A DNA stretch of 64,000 nt from Escherichia coli (GTDB lineage: Bacteria > Pseudomonadota > Gammaproteobacteria > Enterobacterales > Enterobacteriaceae). Each line of letters opens with the position of its first letter. The first letter of the stretch is position 1. Shown here piece after piece: positions 60,437 to 64,000 of this stretch. Both the position numbers and the translations under genes were made by a program. The stretch lies in the NCBI RefSeq assembly GCF_041886205.1, contig NZ_CP169029.1, one strand, 5' to 3'. A model generated the notes under the pieces. The model had not been told where the DNA came from. It saw only the letters and a program-made list of their open reading frames with translations, and searched no databases.

Positions 60437-60511
60437 TGGGGTATCGCCAAGCGGTAAGGCACCGGATTCTGATTCCGGCATTCCGAGGTTCGAATCCTCG
60501 TACCCCAGCCA
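60437..60511 (+). tRNA. glnX: tRNA-Gln (anticodon CUG), identical copy
   Basis: Identical to the glnV copy. Confidence 0.95.
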
Positions 60512-60517
60512 CATTAA

Positions 60518-60550
60518 AAAAGCTCGCTTCGGCGAGCTTTTTGCTTTTCT
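60518..60550 (+). terminator. Intrinsic terminator of the tRNA operon
   Basis: agctcgc-ttcg-gcgagct followed by ttttgcttttct. Confidence 0.7.
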
Positions 60551-60556
60551 GCGTTC

Positions 60557-60655
60557 ATTCAATGTCGAATGCGATGTTGACACGTCTTATCCTTCAATGT
60601 CGGATGCGACGCTGCCGCGTCTTATCCGACCTACGGTTGGCACGCATCCGGCAAT
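60557..60655. repeat. REP/BIME cluster between tRNA operon and ubiF
   Basis: tcggatgcgacgctgccgcgtcttatccgacctac and related copies seen directly. Confidence 0.65.
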
Positions 60656-60664
60656 GTTGTAAGG

Positions 60665-61840
60665 CTACAACCCTAACGCATATTTCAGCGCCTGACGTTT
60701 CAACACGCCAGCACGCTCCGCCGCCATTAACCCGAGATTACGCATAAAACGCAGTGGTGGCAGATTATTGCTGAATCCGGCATAAAACAGATCCATACCG
60801 CTTTGCATAATGAAGTTATCCGCCATGCGCCGCATCTGGTAGCGCTTGAGGACAGGATAACTGGCCCACGCTTCGCCGTAGCTGCGGGCATTCACCAGAA
60901 CATCAATCAGGGCATCGACATCACGATAACCAAGATTCACCCCCTGCCCCGCCAGCGGATGGATGGTATGCGCGGCATCGCCCACCAGCGCAAGCCCCGG
61001 CTGCACATACTGCAACGCATGTCGGCGCGTCAGCGGAAACGCACCAGCGGCAAGCGGTGTAACGTAACCCAGACGCGACGGGAAATGCTTCGCGATTTCC
61101 GCCTGGAGTTGCGCCATATTCATATTCTGCAACTGGCGAATACGCACCGGAGAGTCATACCACACCAGCGATGCCCAGTTATCAAACAACGGCAGAAACG
61201 CACGCGGTCCGTCCGGGGTAAATTGCTGCCAGGTGCTGTCGCCGGGATCGTTCTCACACTGTACGCTAATCAACATACACGACTGCGCATACTGCCAGGC
61301 ATGAACGCCAATTCCCGCCATCTGCCGCACCTGCGAATTTGCGCCGTCAGCACCAATCACCAGCTTCGCGCGAATCACTTCACCGCCCTTCAGTTCCAGC
61401 TCCTGAAGATCATTATCTCGATGTAATGCAATCAGCGAGTCTGGCACACGTAACGTTACTTTCGGATGAGCTTCCAGCGCCTGCCACAATGCCTGTTGCA
61501 GGACGGTGTTTTCCACCATATAGCCAAGCAACGGTAGCTTAAGTTCAGCGGCGTCAAACACCACATGCGCCGTTTCCCACTCCCACGTTTCCAGTCTGCG
61601 GTAAGGATGGCAACGCATAGCCTGTACTGCATCCCAGACCCCTAACCCTTTAAGCAATGATACCGATGCGGCGCTGATCGCCGAGATCCGCACGTCCGGT
61701 TGGCTATCAGCGACAAACGGTGCAGGTTCTGCGTGCTCGATCACCGTTACCGAAAATCCGTGCTGTGCCAGCCCCAGCGCCAGCGCGCCGCCGACCATTC
61801 CTCCGCCGACAATGGCAATTTCCGTTGGTTGATTTGTCAT
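60665..61840 (-). CDS. ubiF: Flavin-dependent ubiquinone-biosynthesis hydroxylase (2-octaprenyl-3-methyl-6-methoxy-1,4-benzoquinol hydroxylase)
   Basis: 391 aa from MTNQPTEIAIVGGGMVGGALALGL (FAD GxGxxG); UbiH/UbiF/VisC family. Confidence 0.93.
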   Translation of the reverse strand: MTNQPTEIAIVGGGMVGGALALGLAQHGFSVTVIEHAEPAPFVADSQPDVRISAISAASVSLLKGLGVWDAVQAMRCHPYRRLETWEWETAHVVFDAAELKLPLLGYMVENTVLQQALWQALEAHPKVTLRVPDSLIALHRDNDLQELELKGGEVIRAKLVIGADGANSQVRQMAGIGVHAWQYAQSCMLISVQCENDPGDSTWQQFTPDGPRAFLPLFDNWASLVWYDSPVRIRQLQNMNMAQLQAEIAKHFPSRLGYVTPLAAGAFPLTRRHALQYVQPGLALVGDAAHTIHPLAGQGVNLGYRDVDALIDVLVNARSYGEAWASYPVLKRYQMRRMADNFIMQSGMDLFYAGFSNNLPPLRFMRNLGLMAAERAGVLKRQALKYALGL

Positions 61841-61985
61841 GGTCAATCATCCTGTTAGCAATATGCTTTAAGTTTACAGGATTTTTACCCCCAAGGGCTG
61901 ATAACGCTCATACTGGTCACAACGGCAGCAAAGCATTACACTATGCGCCCTGCATTCCTGGCTACTATTTCGCAAGAGCAAGTCG

Positions 61986-63410
61986 ATGACCAAAAAACTC
62001 CATATTAAAACCTGGGGCTGTCAGATGAACGAGTACGATTCATCGAAGATGGCCGATCTGCTGGATGCCACCCACGGCTATCAACTGACCGACGTGGCGG
62101 AAGAAGCGGATGTGCTGCTGCTGAACACCTGCTCAATCCGCGAGAAGGCTCAGGAAAAAGTCTTCCATCAGTTGGGTCGCTGGAAACTGTTAAAAGAGAA
62201 GAATCCAGACCTGATTATCGGCGTCGGTGGCTGCGTGGCATCGCAAGAAGGCGAGCACATTCGCCAGCGCGCCCACTATGTCGATATTATTTTTGGGCCG
62301 CAAACGCTGCACCGTCTGCCGGAGATGATCAACTCCGTGCGCGGCGACCGCAGCCCGGTTGTAGATATCAGCTTCCCGGAAATCGAGAAGTTTGACCGTC
62401 TACCGGAACCGCGCGCCGAAGGGCCGACCGCGTTTGTCTCCATCATGGAAGGCTGCAATAAATATTGCACCTACTGCGTGGTGCCTTACACCCGTGGTGA
62501 AGAGGTAAGCCGTCCGTCTGACGATATTCTGTTTGAGATTGCCCAGCTTGCGGCTCAGGGCGTGCGTGAAGTCAATCTGCTCGGTCAGAACGTGAACGCC
62601 TGGCGTGGTGAAAACTACGACGGCTCCACCGGATCGTTTGCCGATCTGCTGCGTCTGGTTGCTGCGATCGACGGGATCGATCGTATTCGCTTTACCACCA
62701 GCCATCCGATCGAATTCACCGACGATATCATCGAAGTGTATCGCGACACGCCGGAGCTGGTGAGCTTCCTGCATCTGCCGGTACAGAGCGGTTCCGATCG
62801 CATTCTGAACCTGATGGGCCGTACTCATACGGCACTGGAGTACAAAGCGATCATCCGTAAACTGCGTGCGGCGCGTCCAGATATTCAGATCAGTTCTGAT
62901 TTCATCGTTGGCTTCCCTGGCGAAACCACCGAAGACTTCGAGAAAACGATGAAGCTGATTGCCGACGTCAATTTCGACATGAGCTACAGCTTTATCTTCT
63001 CTGCACGTCCGGGTACACCAGCCGCCGATATGGTTGATGATGTTCCGGAAGAAGAGAAGAAGCAACGTCTGTATATTCTGCAAGAACGTATCAATCAGCA
63101 AGCGATGGCATGGAGCCGCCGGATGCTCGGCACCACCCAGCGTATTCTGGTAGAAGGGACTTCGCGTAAGAGCATCATGGAGCTTTCCGGGCGTACCGAA
63201 AATAACCGCGTGGTCAACTTCGAGGGCACACCGGATATGATCGGTAAATTCGTCGATGTAGAAATTACCGACGTCTACCCGAACTCTCTGCGCGGTAAAG
63301 TGGTGCGTACTGAAGATGAAATGGGTCTGCGCGTGGCAGAAACACCGGAATCGGTGATTGCCCGTACCCGCAAAGAAAACGACCTTGGCGTGGGTTATTA
63401 TCAGCCGTAA
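61986..63410 (+). CDS. miaB: tRNA-i6A37 methylthiotransferase (radical SAM)
   Basis: 474-aa ORF with MTTase N-terminal domain, radical SAM CxxxCxxC (CNKYCTYC) and TRAM domain. Confidence 0.95.
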   Translation: MTKKLHIKTWGCQMNEYDSSKMADLLDATHGYQLTDVAEEADVLLLNTCSIREKAQEKVFHQLGRWKLLKEKNPDLIIGVGGCVASQEGEHIRQRAHYVDIIFGPQTLHRLPEMINSVRGDRSPVVDISFPEIEKFDRLPEPRAEGPTAFVSIMEGCNKYCTYCVVPYTRGEEVSRPSDDILFEIAQLAAQGVREVNLLGQNVNAWRGENYDGSTGSFADLLRLVAAIDGIDRIRFTTSHPIEFTDDIIEVYRDTPELVSFLHLPVQSGSDRILNLMGRTHTALEYKAIIRKLRAARPDIQISSDFIVGFPGETTEDFEKTMKLIADVNFDMSYSFIFSARPGTPAADMVDDVPEEEKKQRLYILQERINQQAMAWSRRMLGTTQRILVEGTSRKSIMELSGRTENNRVVNFEGTPDMIGKFVDVEITDVYPNSLRGKVVRTEDEMGLRVAETPESVIARTRKENDLGVGYYQP

Positions 63411-63522
63411 TTCTCAGGCCCGCCGTTCCGGTGGGCCTTGTTTTTCTCTCTTTATCCCCATCTTTATCGCAATGCTTGCGCCTTTTTCCTGTGGCGTGAA
63501 TAATTTCCTTATAGGCCGGTGA

Positions 63523-64000
63523 ATGTTCAGCTTCCGGCGGCATACAGATAAGAGGAACGGTTTGAACATAGACACTCGCGAAATCACCCTGGAGCCAGCA
63601 GACAACGCGCGTCTGTTGAGCCTGTGCGGCCCGTTTGATGACAACATCAAGCAGCTCGAACGCCGTCTCGGCATCGAGATCAATCGCCGCGACAACCACT
63701 TTAAACTGACCGGCCGTCCGATTTGCGTCACCGCTGCGGCAGACATTCTGCGTAGCCTGTATGTCGATACAGCCCCGATGCGCGGTCAGATTCAGGATAT
63801 CGAACCGGAACAGATCCACCTTGCGATTAAAGAAGCAAGGGTACTGGAGCAAAGCGCGGAGAGCGTGCCGGAGTACGGCAAAGCGGTCAATATCAAAACC
63901 AAACGCGGCGTAATTAAGCCGCGCACGCCAAACCAGGCGCAGTACATCGCCAATATTCTCGACCATGACATTACCTTCGGCGTTGGCCCGGCGGGTACGG
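63523..64000 (+). CDS. ybeZ: PhoH-like ATPase YbeZ, partial (3' end off window)
   Basis: Open frame to window end not listed in ORF track; translation ...NIDTREITLEPADNARLLSLCGPFDDNIKQLERRLGIEINRR...GVGPAGTG matches YbeZ. Start is ATG at 63523 or in-frame TTG at 63562. Confidence 0.85.
   Translation, partial: MFSFRRHTDKRNGLNIDTREITLEPADNARLLSLCGPFDDNIKQLERRLGIEINRRDNHFKLTGRPICVTAAADILRSLYVDTAPMRGQIQDIEPEQIHLAIKEARVLEQSAESVPEYGKAVNIKTKRGVIKPRTPNQAQYIANILDHDITFGVGPAGT

Noticed and set aside
59809-60511. Tandem near-identical 75-77-nt units that could be mistaken for a CRISPR or repeat array
   Set aside because: Each unit folds as a canonical tRNA with CCA end and readable anticodon; spacers are short leaders, not CRISPR spacers, and no cas genes are present.

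Overview
This window reads as a contiguous stretch of Escherichia coli chromosome, in reverse orientation relative to the K-12 map, running from ybeZ/miaB/ubiF through the mngRAB locus. Gene calls rest on ORF length and boundaries in the supplied six-frame track plus recognition of the translated proteins from memory; no database search was run. Content in window order: a partial RtcB-family ORF at the left edge, mngB-mngA/mngR, the sdhCDAB-sucABCD TCA-cycle cluster (minus strand) with the sucD 3'UTR sRNA SdhX, gltA, the cryptic chaperone-usher fimbrial operon ybgD-ybgQ-ybgP-ybgO, abrB, nei-pxpACB-ybgI, dtpD, phr-ybgA, ybfA, kdpFABCDE, ybfP, pgm-seqA, ybfF, ybfE, fldA-uof-fur, chiQ-chiP, glnS, nagE/nagBACD, asnB, the seven-tRNA operon metT-leuW-glnU-glnW-metU-glnV-glnX, ubiF, miaB and the start of ybeZ. 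Intergenic regions carry REP/BIME palindromic repeats and several intrinsic terminators. I found no CRISPR array, no IS/transposase or integrase, and no unexplained multi-gene block; every long ORF is accounted for by a known housekeeping gene or is the antisense shadow of one. The most notable points are strain-level differences from K-12 as I remember it: an RtcB-paralog gene next to mngB, no RhsC element between ybfA and ybgA, and no speF-potE between kdpE and ybfP. I do not see evidence for a previously undescribed system here.
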